Positions 18,849 to 28,279 of a DNA stretch of 42,657 nucleotides are shown here, piece after piece. This DNA comes from a virus (Duplodnaviria; Heunggongvirae; Uroviricota; Caudoviricetes). Numbering within the stretch: the stretch's first letter is position 1; each line of letters starts with the position of its first letter. The notes under the pieces are model-generated. The model had not been told where the DNA came from and made no database searches. It was given only the letters and a program-made list of their open reading frames with translations. The DNA lies in the IMG/VR virus record IMGVR_UViG_2925914267_000007, positions 1-42,657 of that record; one strand, written 5' to 3'. A program made the translations under genes and the position numbers.

Positions 18849-20078
18849 TCAACCACCAACGCTACCTTTCCCCACCAGCGCTTTAATGGCAGAGGTGTCT
18901 TCCAGGATACAGTCAAAACGATGGAAGGCCAGAAAACCGGTCTGATCATATTCCGCGTAACGCTCAACCAGACGTTTAAGAATCATGTATCGCACACGAC
19001 GGATAATGAAGCGATCAAAGTCACCACAGAACATGAATTTTTTACCCGCCCCGATATCATCAATTTCCTGATCAATGACATACGGTACATTCAACACTGA
19101 AGCAGGTGCCACACCAACAATATCCGGCAACCATAAAGGGCGTCCCTGACCGTCTTCCATCTCACTGATCAGTTTCAGCGTATTATCGTTAAACGCCAGG
19201 CGGAATTTCGGTCCGCGACGATATGCAGGATCAATGCTGTGTTTCAGAGCCAGAATTTCCTGCCATTTCACCGCATTTGCCGCGGCAGTCTGTGTTGTGC
19301 CGGTCACTGATGCTGCCAGCCCTTTGGGTTGTTTAGGCGTACCAGCACCAGTTCCCTGAATCAGATAACGGGCTTCACCACGACCAATACGTTCAGCAAT
19401 GCGACGGGCAAGATAAGCTTCCATATCGATCGCGCTGTCCTGCAACAACTCATTAGACACACGAATGATTTTCGATGTCATTTTGAGCGCCCCAAGGCTT
19501 CCCATACCGAAATCGGTGTCTTCTTCACCGGCTTCTTCATTTTCGCCCAGCAGAACACCAACTTCGGAAGTACCATCAGCTGTTGCCCACTCCATAGTGC
19601 GACCGTCAGAAGTGGTCAGAATCTGCGCCACACTGGCGATGCCACCGTAGGATTTCATCTTCTCAACAACTTTCGCCAGGAATGTTTCTGGTACGGTATA
19701 TCCGCCCTTTTCATCCTGAGCTACACCCTGAGCACGAAGTTCACGCAACGCCTTTCGTTCTTCTGATGTCAGCTCACTGGCACCGTGACGCATCCACTTA
19801 TCAAAAACCTGAGCTCGTTTCTCATCCTGTTGCGGATTGTTTTCCGGATCAAGATTCTGACGCTGCTCTTCCTCATTGCTTTCAATGTACGCCTGATCCT
19901 GACGACGCAGTTCTTCTTCGCGTGCAATTCGTTCATCAAGCGCTTCCAGTTCGGATTTTGCTTTGTTCCACTCAGTGCGCTGCTCTTCCGTCCATGCGTT
20001 ATCACCAATTTTTTCATTCAGGGCGCGCATGTCAGTTGCGATAGTATTACGTTTCTGTTTCAGTTCATGCAGTTTCAT
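18849..20078 (-). CDS. major capsid protein, HK97 fold
   Basis: 409 aa; coiled-coil-rich N-terminal delta-like domain (EEQRTEWNKAKSELEALDERIAREEELRRQ); follows a prohead protease. Confidence 0.8.
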   Translation of the reverse strand: MKLHELKQKRNTIATDMRALNEKIGDNAWTEEQRTEWNKAKSELEALDERIAREEELRRQDQAYIESNEEEQRQNLDPENNPQQDEKRAQVFDKWMRHGASELTSEERKALRELRAQGVAQDEKGGYTVPETFLAKVVEKMKSYGGIASVAQILTTSDGRTMEWATADGTSEVGVLLGENEEAGEEDTDFGMGSLGALKMTSKIIRVSNELLQDSAIDMEAYLARRIAERIGRGEARYLIQGTGAGTPKQPKGLAASVTGTTQTAAANAVKWQEILALKHSIDPAYRRGPKFRLAFNDNTLKLISEMEDGQGRPLWLPDIVGVAPASVLNVPYVIDQEIDDIGAGKKFMFCGDFDRFIIRRVRYMILKRLVERYAEYDQTGFLAFHRFDCILEDTSAIKALVGKGSVGG

Positions 20079-20088
20079 GATGTTTCCT

Positions 20089-20691
20089 TTACGCGTTAAG
20101 AAGGGTCAGGACGCGTTCACGCGCCATACGTTGATTAATGGCTTTCTGTAGCGCGCCGCTGTTGCGCGCCTCCTGCCATGCTTTCATGGAGCGAACAGCC
20201 GAGTCAGCCTCCTGATAGGCAGGATATGTCACAGGACTGACATCCAGCAGACGGGAAAAGCGGGTTATCTCGCGAATAACAACCCCATCCTCATCCTGAT
20301 ACCACTCCTCACCGTCACGGGCGACACGGAAAGCGAAAGATGACTGGTTAATATCTCCACGTTGCATCGGGGCCAGCACCAGATCACGAATGGTCTGTGT
20401 CTCCGGAGCCTGGATGTCATAGCGTAATCCGCGCTCATCAACTGAAAGATTCAGCGTGCCTGCTGCACTACGCCCAAGAATAAAATTAGGATCGTGGTTA
20501 AACAGTGCGCGTACATCATCACCAAGCACATCGTCAAAAGCGCCGGGCCGGATGATTTCGCGGAATGAACCGAATATCAGCTCAGAACGACAGTCAAACA
20601 CCGATCCATAACCGATAATGTGCGCCGGGTTATCGTCATGCCTCTCAGCACGCACCTCACCGCTGTAACAACGGATTTCACGGTCATTCAT
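20089..20691 (-). CDS. prohead maturation protease (HK97 family)
   Basis: Start MNDREIR... with SD GAGGGA; position between portal and capsid; longer ORF-track start judged upstream read-through. Confidence 0.7.
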   Translation of the reverse strand: MNDREIRCYSGEVRAERHDDNPAHIIGYGSVFDCRSELIFGSFREIIRPGAFDDVLGDDVRALFNHDPNFILGRSAAGTLNLSVDERGLRYDIQAPETQTIRDLVLAPMQRGDINQSSFAFRVARDGEEWYQDEDGVVIREITRFSRLLDVSPVTYPAYQEADSAVRSMKAWQEARNSGALQKAINQRMARERVLTLLNA

Positions 20692-21958
20692 TGGTTTTTC
20701 CCTCATCATTTTTTGGGGGCTTAAAATCTCCTGCCGGGTTAGCAGCATTCACGCTTACCAGCATCTCATCCAGCCCTTCAACCGGATTCATATCCTCGAA
20801 TGCGCGGGCCTCATTACGGCTCATCCATCCATCGGTAATAGCGAAGTGATAGAATTGCGCGCGCTCCTGCGGAGTTCCGCGTAAAAGCCCCGTCAGATTG
20901 AACCTGACGTAATACCCGGCGGCTAACTCAGCGCGGGTAAACAAGCGACGGTTAAGCTCCTGCTCCCAGTTCGTCACCCACGGCATCATCGTGTAGCGGA
21001 CAAACTGAATCGCCTGCGCAGAAATATTGGAGAAGGTGGCTTTTTCGAGGTCATTAATCATGTGCGCAGGAATATTGAAAATACCGGCGATCATTGAACG
21101 GTTCAGCTTCATCATGTCAATGATCTGAGCGTCAACTGGCGACACAGTCAGTGCCTTGTAATCCAGATCGGCTGGCAGCAGCATGGTTTTGTTTTCCTGG
21201 CGGCGTAACGCCTGCGATGCCTTCTGCCACTGATCTTTAAGCCAGCCCCAGCTTTCCTTATTGAGTCCGCTTTTAACGGATACTATCCCCGCCGGACGGG
21301 CATTACCGCTGAAGAAGCTTTCTGTGTACTTCTGACCGCTCATCCCCATGCCTATTGTTTCGGCATGTTGCATAATCGGACTCAGCCCCATCTTCTGATT
21401 ATTACCCAGCGCACGGATGTGGATCATATCGTCCGGACTGATCGCAAACGCCCCATATTCGTTGTACAAACCGTAGGTATATCGGCCACCAGTATTCATC
21501 AGCGTCGTTTCCCACGGCATACAGCAATCCAGGGATATGACTTCACCGCGACGATTACGTTTCACCCAGGTATACCCATTCCCCCAGCCAAGGATGTGAC
21601 GTTGCTTCAGTTCGCGCCATTTGTAGCTGGTTTGCCAGGTATTGGGCTCATCATGAACCAGATAAAACGCCGGATGATCGCGTGCGGGTTCAACCTTCCC
21701 CTTGTGCCTGCGCATAACATGCAACGGCATCTGGGCAAGGCTGGAAGACAGGACATAGATACAGGAATACACCGCAGCCAGTTTCATCGCAGTCTCAGGA
21801 CTGACATAAACGTCTGCCCGGAACAGCCCATCAGTATCAACGGCATCACCGGTTATCGGGGTGGAAGGATTCTCCAGTGATTTACTTCTGAACAGAGCAT
21901 CAAGCAGCACGCGTCCCCCTTCTGGCCATAGCCAGTGCGCCCACCAGCAGTAAAGCAC
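20684..21958 (-). CDS. portal protein (HK97 family); start uncertain
   Basis: 424-aa ORF; first codon at 21958 is GTG, alternative GTG at 21910; position after the terminase. Confidence 0.75.
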   Translation of the reverse strand: MLYCWWAHWLWPEGGRVLLDALFRSKSLENPSTPITGDAVDTDGLFRADVYVSPETAMKLAAVYSCIYVLSSSLAQMPLHVMRRHKGKVEPARDHPAFYLVHDEPNTWQTSYKWRELKQRHILGWGNGYTWVKRNRRGEVISLDCCMPWETTLMNTGGRYTYGLYNEYGAFAISPDDMIHIRALGNNQKMGLSPIMQHAETIGMGMSGQKYTESFFSGNARPAGIVSVKSGLNKESWGWLKDQWQKASQALRRQENKTMLLPADLDYKALTVSPVDAQIIDMMKLNRSMIAGIFNIPAHMINDLEKATFSNISAQAIQFVRYTMMPWVTNWEQELNRRLFTRAELAAGYYVRFNLTGLLRGTPQERAQFYHFAITDGWMSRNEARAFEDMNPVEGLDEMLVSVNAANPAGDFKPPKNDEGKTNE

Positions 21959-22061
21959 CGGACAAAATCAGAGCCGGAGCCATACCAAACTGCAGGTAAA
22001 CCCCGCACGTAAGCAGGCCAAAACCAGCCAGCCCGATAACATCAGCAATTAGTGATTTCAT
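21900..22061 (-). CDS. small hydrophobic protein (53 aa) between terminase and portal, not in the ORF track
   Basis: My own translation [46 protein letters not shown]...; ATG overlaps the TerL stop. Confidence 0.35.
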   Translation of the reverse strand: MKSLIADVIGLAGFGLLTCGVYLQFGMAPALILSGALLLVGALAMARRGTRAA

Positions 22062-23791
22062 AGAATTAAGAGATCATCGTCCGGATCAAGAGATGAGAGG
22101 AAATCGTCAGGTTCTTTGAGCATTGCCCGACCGATCGTCATAATCAGTGCAACCGCACCATCGATTTTGTTTTCCGCCTGCTCCTTGACGGGCTTCACTA
22201 AATCATCGTTACCTGGCATGTTTTTGCCGACCACATTGCCGATACACCAGGTCATGATGGGATTGCCGTCATGATGAAAGCGCCCCGATTCAATCGCTGC
22301 TTCCAGCTCTTTCATCGGGTCGGACATATTGGCGAAGTTCTGGACGATAGTAACGGGATTCAGGTCTTCATCAGCAAGGTCATGTGACAGCCCGGTCGCC
22401 CCGAAAGGGTCGATGGGTGACTCACTGACCGGGCTGATTTTGTTCGCCGCTTTGGCCTCTTCGAGGATGTAGCGATAATCCACCTCTGCACCATCGGTAA
22501 CGATCAGGACGCCCATTTCCACCCATTTCTGAAAGCGTTCGGCTGTCCGGCGATCTTCATTTTTCTCGACGCTGTACACCGTGTCATACGGTACCCAGAA
22601 GCGCGGGGCCACACTGTAGTAATGCGTTTTACCGTCAATCTCGCGGGTATAAAGTCGCGCCATGCTGTTCATATCCAGCTTACGCGCCAGGTCAAAGGCC
22701 AGAATGCACGGTTGCCCCTCGAACTGCTCAAGGGTCAGTGATTTATCCTCGCAGCTCTGCCAGCTCACCAGATTGAAATAAGCCGAACGCGCCGACACCC
22801 AGATATTGAGGTGTTTTGTTTTAAAGACGTTTGCCAGGCGGGCGTTATTTTTCGCACGCTGCTGCTGACTTAACAAAAATTCGCGATAAACCGACACGCC
22901 AATATTTGGATTGGCTTTTTCCAGCACCTGCGGGTCGGTCCAGTCGTCACCTTCGTCAACGGTATAGATGATCCCGAACAGTTCATCGTTAGGCACCGAG
23001 CCGTTGAGCATCTCGATGACTTCCCGCCGCTTGTCGTAGCACGGCCCCTCAATGTTGTACCCGGCGGTGGTGATGGCCCACATCAGTGGCTGACGTCGCG
23101 CCCCCATCCCGGTAAGCATCGTGGTGTAAAGCGCATCGGTGGCGTGCTCGTGATATTCATCCACCACCGCACAGTGGGGTGATGAACCATCACCGGGGTT
23201 ACCGATCAGCGGTTCAAACCGCGCGCCATCCTCCGGACGGTTCATGTTTGAAGCGTTAACCTCAATCCCGAACGCTTCCGTCAGCATGGGTGTGCGTTTA
23301 CACATCAGTCGCGCCGGGCGAAAGACTTCCCACGCCTGTTTCTCTGTCGTGGCACCGGAATACACTTCCGCGCCAAACTCGTTATCACAGGCAAAACAAT
23401 ACAGGGCAACACCGGCAGAGATTGCTGATTTGCCGTTCTTACGGGGGATTTCGGTATACACCTCCCGGAAGCGGCGCAACCGGGTGCCTTTATTGACCCA
23501 GCCAAACGCACAGCAGATCACAAATAGCTGCCACGGCTCCAGCGTGATGGGCATCCGTTTGAATGCCCACTCACCCTTGGTGTGCGGCAACAGCTGAATA
23601 AATTTCGCGGCCCGTTCAGCCAGGTCCTTGTCGAAGCGGTAACGAAACGACTTACTTTTTTCCGCCATCAGGTCATCAAGATGGCGCTGGCAGGCCTGAA
23701 TCACAAACTGGCAGGCCACAATCTTTCCGCGCACGACATCACGGGCATACTGATTGGCAGCATTTACGTTGGGGTAAGATTTCCGGCTCAT
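22058..23791 (-). CDS. terminase large subunit
   Basis: 577 aa; ATPase plus nuclease-size protein; start overlaps the TerS stop. Confidence 0.85.
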   Translation of the reverse strand: MSRKSYPNVNAANQYARDVVRGKIVACQFVIQACQRHLDDLMAEKSKSFRYRFDKDLAERAAKFIQLLPHTKGEWAFKRMPITLEPWQLFVICCAFGWVNKGTRLRRFREVYTEIPRKNGKSAISAGVALYCFACDNEFGAEVYSGATTEKQAWEVFRPARLMCKRTPMLTEAFGIEVNASNMNRPEDGARFEPLIGNPGDGSSPHCAVVDEYHEHATDALYTTMLTGMGARRQPLMWAITTAGYNIEGPCYDKRREVIEMLNGSVPNDELFGIIYTVDEGDDWTDPQVLEKANPNIGVSVYREFLLSQQQRAKNNARLANVFKTKHLNIWVSARSAYFNLVSWQSCEDKSLTLEQFEGQPCILAFDLARKLDMNSMARLYTREIDGKTHYYSVAPRFWVPYDTVYSVEKNEDRRTAERFQKWVEMGVLIVTDGAEVDYRYILEEAKAANKISPVSESPIDPFGATGLSHDLADEDLNPVTIVQNFANMSDPMKELEAAIESGRFHHDGNPIMTWCIGNVVGKNMPGNDDLVKPVKEQAENKIDGAVALIMTIGRAMLKEPDDFLSSLDPDDDLLIL

Positions 23792-24282
23792 GATTCGATG
23801 ATTTTCAGAAACGGGTTAGTGGCTTTCTTCTGCCCCGCCAGGCCAATCAGACGCTGGCGGCTGCTGGGGTCGAGTCCGAGCATTGCCCCCGTGCTGCTCA
23901 TCTCGGACTCCTGTTCTTTTTTGGCGGTCAGCTCCGGATTTTTGACCATACCGCCCATTGCACCGGTGATGGTGTTGCCCTGTCTGGCAATATTTTTCAC
24001 GGCACGTCGCCAGAACTCGTAGGCCACGCACCACCGCTCAAGCACCGCGAGGTCAGTCACGCACAGCAGGCCCTGACCGCAGAGTTCTTTAGTTGTCAGT
24101 TGCCACATGATCGTAGCGAGAGGGAGATCTTCTTCAGCGAACCACTCCGGTGGCTCAACACCTTTGATGGGCGTAAAAACAGGTTCATCTTTATTCAGGG
24201 CTCGCTTGCCGGGGTTTCCGGCCAGCGCCTTGCGCGCCGTTGGCTTGGGGCGACGCCCGGAACGCCCCGCCGTTCCAGCCAT
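23788..24282 (-). CDS. terminase small subunit (P27-like)
   Basis: Start ATG at 24282 with SD AGGAG (ORF-track start at 24291 is GTG); basic N-terminus; directly upstream of TerL. Confidence 0.7.
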   Translation of the reverse strand: MAGTAGRSGRRPKPTARKALAGNPGKRALNKDEPVFTPIKGVEPPEWFAEEDLPLATIMWQLTTKELCGQGLLCVTDLAVLERWCVAYEFWRRAVKNIARQGNTITGAMGGMVKNPELTAKKEQESEMSSTGAMLGLDPSSRQRLIGLAGQKKATNPFLKIIES

Positions 24283-24291
24283 ATGCGGCAC

Positions 24292-24407
24292 TCCTGGTTA
24301 AATTTCATTTTTCGCGGGTATAAAAAAACGATGGGGCGGGCAGTCCGGAAGACGTCAGGCTGCAGGGATTTGACCCGCCCCTCCCCTCAGACAGTTGAGA
24401 ATTATTA
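24292..24407. other. candidate cos / packaging-site region
   Basis: Intergenic segment between HNH and terS containing inverted repeat GGGGCGGG...CCCGCCCC. Confidence 0.3.
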
Positions 24408-24758
24408 TCACTTTAACCGTTCACGGGCCGTCTTCGCCTTATGACACGGCCAGCACAGACTCTGCAGATTACTGTCAGCATCAGTGCCGCCATGCGCTTT
24501 AGGGATGATGTGGTCAACAGTTTTCGCCTCACGCACCACACCAGCACGCAGACATAACTGACACAGACCTTTGTCACGCTTCAGAACACGCGCGCGGATA
24601 CTGTCCCACTTCGAACCGTAGCCGCGCTGATGACGGGATTGTCCAGGTTTGTATTGCTTCCAGCCTTCGCTTTTGTGGCTTTCGCAGTAGCCTGAAGGGT
24701 CAGTAGTGGTATGGCGGCAGCCGCGAACACGGCAGGCTTTCGGGGTTCGTGGCGGCAT
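24408..24758 (-). CDS. HNH endonuclease (packaging-associated)
   Basis: 116 aa; Cys pairs CRVRGC, CQLC and CWPCH plus DHIIP and KAHGG motifs; directly upstream of terS. Confidence 0.8.
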   Translation of the reverse strand: MPPRTPKACRVRGCRHTTTDPSGYCESHKSEGWKQYKPGQSRHQRGYGSKWDSIRARVLKRDKGLCQLCLRAGVVREAKTVDHIIPKAHGGTDADSNLQSLCWPCHKAKTARERLK

Positions 24759-24807
24759 TAATGCTTCCCTTTAAGTTATTACGATGGAACAGACCATAGA
24801 AATGGCA

Positions 24808-24832
24808 ATAAAAAACCGCCCGGAGGCGGTTC
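24808..24832 (-). terminator. intrinsic terminator downstream of the GrlR-like moron
   Basis: Minus-strand stem AACCGCC / GGCGGTT (loop tccg) followed by TTTTTATTG. Confidence 0.55.
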
Positions 24833-24850
24833 AATTATCATCTCGATAAA

Positions 24851-25171
24851 CTAAATCAGATCACCAATGTATTTTGCACTAATTGAAATTTGCATCTGAG
24901 GCATTCCGACCACAGATCCATTTAACAGGTAATCACGTCCTCGTTCCTGCAAAGAAAGACTCAATTCAAAGTTCTTTACCCCAGGGAAAACCGAGGTGAC
25001 ATTTAAATCATGCTGCGATACGCGCAGAATAAGTTGGCTACCGTCAATTTTTCCCTGATACGTAAAACCAAAATCTCCGCCGTTTACTGCATTGTTTTTG
25101 ACAACTACGGTACCATTACCAAAATCACGTTGATTGCTTCTGAAAACAACAAAATAGATACCATCTTTCAT
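24851..25171 (-). CDS. small beta-rich protein resembling GrlR-family regulators (identity unverified)
   Basis: 106 aa; MKDGIYFVVFRSN...GGD pattern recalled from GrlR; AT-rich; own terminator; sits between the lysis cassette and HNH. Confidence 0.4.
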   Translation of the reverse strand: MKDGIYFVVFRSNQRDFGNGTVVVKNNAVNGGDFGFTYQGKIDGSQLILRVSQHDLNVTSVFPGVKNFELSLSLQERGRDYLLNGSVVGMPQMQISISAKYIGDLI

Positions 25172-25263
25172 GTGTAAAGCCCTTTAAAAGAGTCACCAAA
25201 ATCAGGTGCTTTGTATCTATTGGGCCATCACATATCAAATCAAGGAACAAAACAAAGTTAACA

Positions 25264-25533
25264 TCATTTTTTTTGCATGATGTGACCACGCTCAACTTCA
25301 ATCCTTCTGATGTCAGCTTTATCGGTATTACACTGCGCCAATGCAGACAACAAGGCGACATTCAGATCTAAGCTCGAGCCCCACGTAAAATGATCAGGTA
25401 AATCAGGCTGAGGGGTTTCAGCCGTCAGGCTGGCTGGTAACGGAACTACCGGAACCTGGACGTAAACTGTTCGCGTACTTCCGCAACCGGTCAGCAGCGG
25501 CAGCAGGCACAGGACGTGAAGCACAATCATCAT
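25264..25533 (-). CDS. outer-membrane spanin (Rz1-like lipoprotein), overlapping Rz in another frame
   Basis: MMIVLHVLCLLPLLTGCGS lipobox; Pro-rich; starts inside the Rz gene and extends past it. Confidence 0.55.
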   Translation of the reverse strand: MMIVLHVLCLLPLLTGCGSTRTVYVQVPVVPLPASLTAETPQPDLPDHFTWGSSLDLNVALLSALAQCNTDKADIRRIEVERGHIMQKK

Positions 25534-25810
25534 CCGCAACAGCCACTTTGATATCTTCCTGGGTTCTCTGTGACTCCAGTGCGATCTGCTGTTTTGCATG
25601 CTGGTTAGCCTCCAGTACTGTATTGACGATTTGCAGTGATTGCAGGATGTTATTGGTAATGGCAGTTGCCAATTTGGCATTTTGTACAGCCTCATCAGCA
25701 CGTTTCTTTTCGTACTGATATTTGCTGTAGTAGTGGTTGGCTGACCAGATGAAAGAACCAATGACAGTAACGAAGAAAGCAGAGATAACCAGCTTATAGC
25801 TCAACTTCAT
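25418..25810 (-). CDS. inner-membrane spanin (Rz-like)
   Basis: 130 aa; N-terminal transmembrane helix then coiled coil; downstream of the endolysin. Confidence 0.65.
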   Translation of the reverse strand: MKLSYKLVISAFFVTVIGSFIWSANHYYSKYQYEKKRADEAVQNAKLATAITNNILQSLQIVNTVLEANQHAKQQIALESQRTQEDIKVAVADDDCASRPVPAAAADRLRKYANSLRPGSGSSVTSQPDG

Positions 25811-26270
25811 TTACCACCCCACCAGCCTCTTTAAACCGGGAAATCAGGTCGCCAATTTTATGTTCATACTGACCGTAACCTGCACCAGGTAAAGACGCCC
25901 AGATATTGCTGCAACGGTCGATTGCCTGACGAATATTGCCGCGATCAATCATCGGTAAAGCGCCACGCTCTTTAATCTGCTGTAATGCCACTGAGTCCTG
26001 GCTTCTGGGAGAGAAGTCTTTCAGCTCAAGCTGCTTGCGGTAAGCATCCCACCAACGTGAAAGAAGTTGATAACGGCCTGCAGCTGTTGATTTGAGTTTC
26101 GGGTTTAGCGTGACAAGTTTGCGAGGGTGATCGGAGTAATCAGTGAAGAGTTCGCCACCGACAATAACGTCATAACCGTGGTTACGTGTCGGTTGTCGCC
26201 CGTTATCCGTTCCTTCTGACCATGCCACCATATCGAGGAAAGCTTTACGCTGGGAATTTAGTACCTGCAT
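25794..26270 (-). CDS. endolysin, lambda R-like lytic transglycosylase
   Basis: 158 aa; near-identical over most of its length to lambda R as recalled (QRKAFLDMVAWSEGTDNGRQ...GRYQLLSRWWDAYRKQL). Confidence 0.85.
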   Translation of the reverse strand: MQVLNSQRKAFLDMVAWSEGTDNGRQPTRNHGYDVIVGGELFTDYSDHPRKLVTLNPKLKSTAAGRYQLLSRWWDAYRKQLELKDFSPRSQDSVALQQIKERGALPMIDRGNIRQAIDRCSNIWASLPGAGYGQYEHKIGDLISRFKEAGGVVNEVEL

Positions 26271-26273
26271 AAA

Positions 26274-26600
26274 TTACTCCTTAGAGCCACCAAACTTATT
26301 ACCGATTACTCTCATTGCAGCCCCACGAATAGCATCGACCCCGATCAGCCCAACGCCGCCACCAATGGCAACAGAAAGAGATTTAGGCCATCCGACATAC
26401 TCAAGAGCGGATGCAAAAGTCAGTGTCAGGGCGCCACAGAGAAAAATCTCGAGCGTTTTTCGCTTCCAGCCACCACCACCGCCAAAATAGGCAATGCGCA
26501 AGCCAGCCATAACGATCGACATAATTACTGCGCCCAGTGGTGTGTCTCCACGCCACCAGCTCTGGAACAACTCCAGCCAGGTATTTGGGTTATGAGGCAT
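26274..26600 (-). CDS. holin
   Basis: 108 aa; hydrophobic segments, Gly-rich, charged C-terminus; immediately upstream of the endolysin. Confidence 0.6.
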   Translation of the reverse strand: MPHNPNTWLELFQSWWRGDTPLGAVIMSIVMAGLRIAYFGGGGGWKRKTLEIFLCGALTLTFASALEYVGWPKSLSVAIGGGVGLIGVDAIRGAAMRVIGNKFGGSKE

Positions 26601-26749
26601 TTGTAGTTATCTCTCACCTCGCTGAAACAGCAGGTGCAAATTGAGGGAACATCATGTACCGCAAATCAGAAGCGGAAACGTCAAAGAAGCCGAACCAATG
26701 GATAACTGCGGAATAGGCCTAGACCAACGAATCCCCAGCCCCAGAAACG

Positions 26750-26778
26750 ACAAAACCCGCTCGATGGCGGGTTTAAGC
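26750..26778 (-). terminator. hairpin terminator upstream of the holin (tR'-like)
   Basis: Minus-strand stem AAACCCGC / GCGGGTTT followed by TTTTGTCGTTTCT, about 150 nt before the holin start. Confidence 0.4.
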
Positions 26779-26892
26779 TGTGTGGCGAAGTAACCACTCT
26801 TAACACGATACAATTTTTTTTGCGTACGCGTTAGTTTTTTATTACTTTACTTTTTGATACTATCGGCGTGGTTACAAACAAGGAGAACAGCA

Positions 26893-27156
26893 ATGAGTAA
26901 CTACTTGGAAGTTAAGAGAAAAATTGGTCAATATGCATGTGTTACTCGGTGGGGTTTTCCCTGTGCCGAGCGTGAAATCACTTTGATACAAAATGACATT
27001 AACTCCGCGATTCAAAGTGGTAAAGTTATAAGTCGTAGCATGCTCCAAGGCATTATCAGCCGTCATGTTCCCAATACCCATTTCTTAATCACCGACAGTG
27101 TGGACAACTCTGATCTTAACACTGCATTAAGAATGCTGGCGCCAAAACAAAAATGA
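26893..27156 (+). CDS. AT-rich hypothetical protein, first gene of a two-gene cassette
   Basis: Start MSNYLEVKRK with RBS AAGGAG; 87 aa; opposite strand to the surrounding late genes; stop overlaps the next start (ATGA). Confidence 0.6.
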   Translation: MSNYLEVKRKIGQYACVTRWGFPCAEREITLIQNDINSAIQSGKVISRSMLQGIISRHVPNTHFLITDSVDNSDLNTALRMLAPKQK

Positions 27157-27893
27157 ATAATGATGTGTTTCAGATCAGCCCCGACGAAGTAACGTCGGAG
27201 CTGATTTCTGCAAAGGAAAGATTTTTACGTGGTATTCAGCCATACTTGTGTAATGGTATATCAAACCTTGCTGACCTACATGAAATTCAGCAGCATGCTT
27301 CAAAATATTTTAATACCGCTGTTAAATTAGTTCAAAAAGTAGATTTATGTAAACTGGATGACAATAAGACATTTGCCATTTCCTTAGTTGGAGACTGTCG
27401 AGCGGTTCTGGAAACTTATTTAGAATACTACGACATGATGGTGTCAAACATTAAATGCCTAGAAATTGATCCAAACAATATTGTACTGTATAGCAAAGAT
27501 GGTCTATCAAACCTCCAAAGAATCATTAAAAAGTATTCATCAAAAGATATTTACACACCTATTATTGCTGAATTTGAGTCTCGAAATTTGCCAATCGATG
27601 GATTTACTATAGGCACACCAATGAATTGGAAATTAATTGTCACTGCCATTATTGGATTTTTAAGTTTTTGTATTTTTTTATCAATTACGCTGCTAATCCC
27701 AGATTTAAATGAATTTCAAAAGAAAATGATTTTCTCTTTATATTTCATGAGCGCGGCCGTTGGAATCTCGCCATTCATTGCAAATAATATAAAGGTCAAT
27801 GGGAAGATGGCATTTCGTGGTTCGGAATTCAAAGTATCTGCTGTTGGTGGTTTAGCAGCATTGATTGTTTCTTTCATCATCCAAGTAATTTAG
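27153..27893 (+). CDS. AT-rich membrane protein with about three C-terminal transmembrane helices, second gene of the cassette
   Basis: 246 aa; soluble N-terminal ~155 aa; hydrophobic stretches WKLIVTAIIGFLSFCIFLSITLLI, MIFSLYFMSAAVGISPFIA, VSAVGGLAALIVSFIIQVI. Confidence 0.65.
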   Translation: MNNDVFQISPDEVTSELISAKERFLRGIQPYLCNGISNLADLHEIQQHASKYFNTAVKLVQKVDLCKLDDNKTFAISLVGDCRAVLETYLEYYDMMVSNIKCLEIDPNNIVLYSKDGLSNLQRIIKKYSSKDIYTPIIAEFESRNLPIDGFTIGTPMNWKLIVTAIIGFLSFCIFLSITLLIPDLNEFQKKMIFSLYFMSAAVGISPFIANNIKVNGKMAFRGSEFKVSAVGGLAALIVSFIIQVI

Positions 27894-27896
27894 CAA

Positions 27897-27914
27897 AGAG
27901 GCCCTAAGGCCTCT
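27897..27914. terminator. hairpin between the convergent cassette gene and the Q-like gene
   Basis: AGAGGCC-ctaa-GGCCTCT perfect stem; weak flanking T-runs on both strands. Confidence 0.4.
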
Positions 27915-27919
27915 TATAA

Positions 27920-28261
27920 TCATAGCATTGATAGCACACCACTAACAAAACCTAATGCTGTTTGCATATCTTTTCTAATTGTCCCATCAGAACACTTACG
28001 CTTCTTCGCAATGGTGCGTAATGAAATACCAATAACAAAGTGGGCAATAACTAACTCATATTCTTCTTGTTTATATTTACGTAACCGTGCGACACAACCG
28101 TCTATCATGATACCTTCATCATCATCACACTGGAGGCGAGACTTTTTACCGTGTGGTAAAAGCCCCTTGAAGCCTGCTGCTACCGGCTGCCAGTCCACAC
28201 CACTGTTGTCTGCTGCAGCCCATGCACCCCAGCGGTCCAATACTTCATACATATCACGCAT
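27920..28261 (-). CDS. late-gene antitermination protein Q-like (small Q family)
   Basis: Start MRDMYEV with SD GGAG; about 113 aa; position between early genes and lysis genes. Confidence 0.55.
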   Translation of the reverse strand: MRDMYEVLDRWGAWAAADNSGVDWQPVAAGFKGLLPHGKKSRLQCDDDEGIMIDGCVARLRKYKQEEYELVIAHFVIGISLRTIAKKRKCSDGTIRKDMQTALGFVSGVLSML

Positions 28262-28279
28262 CAACTTACTCCACAAAAA

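Noticed and set aside
17011-20151. Plus-strand ORFs up to 201 aa across head-completion and capsid genes
   Set aside because: Antisense to well-supported structural genes, with Arg- and His-rich low-complexity translations typical of shadow ORFs.
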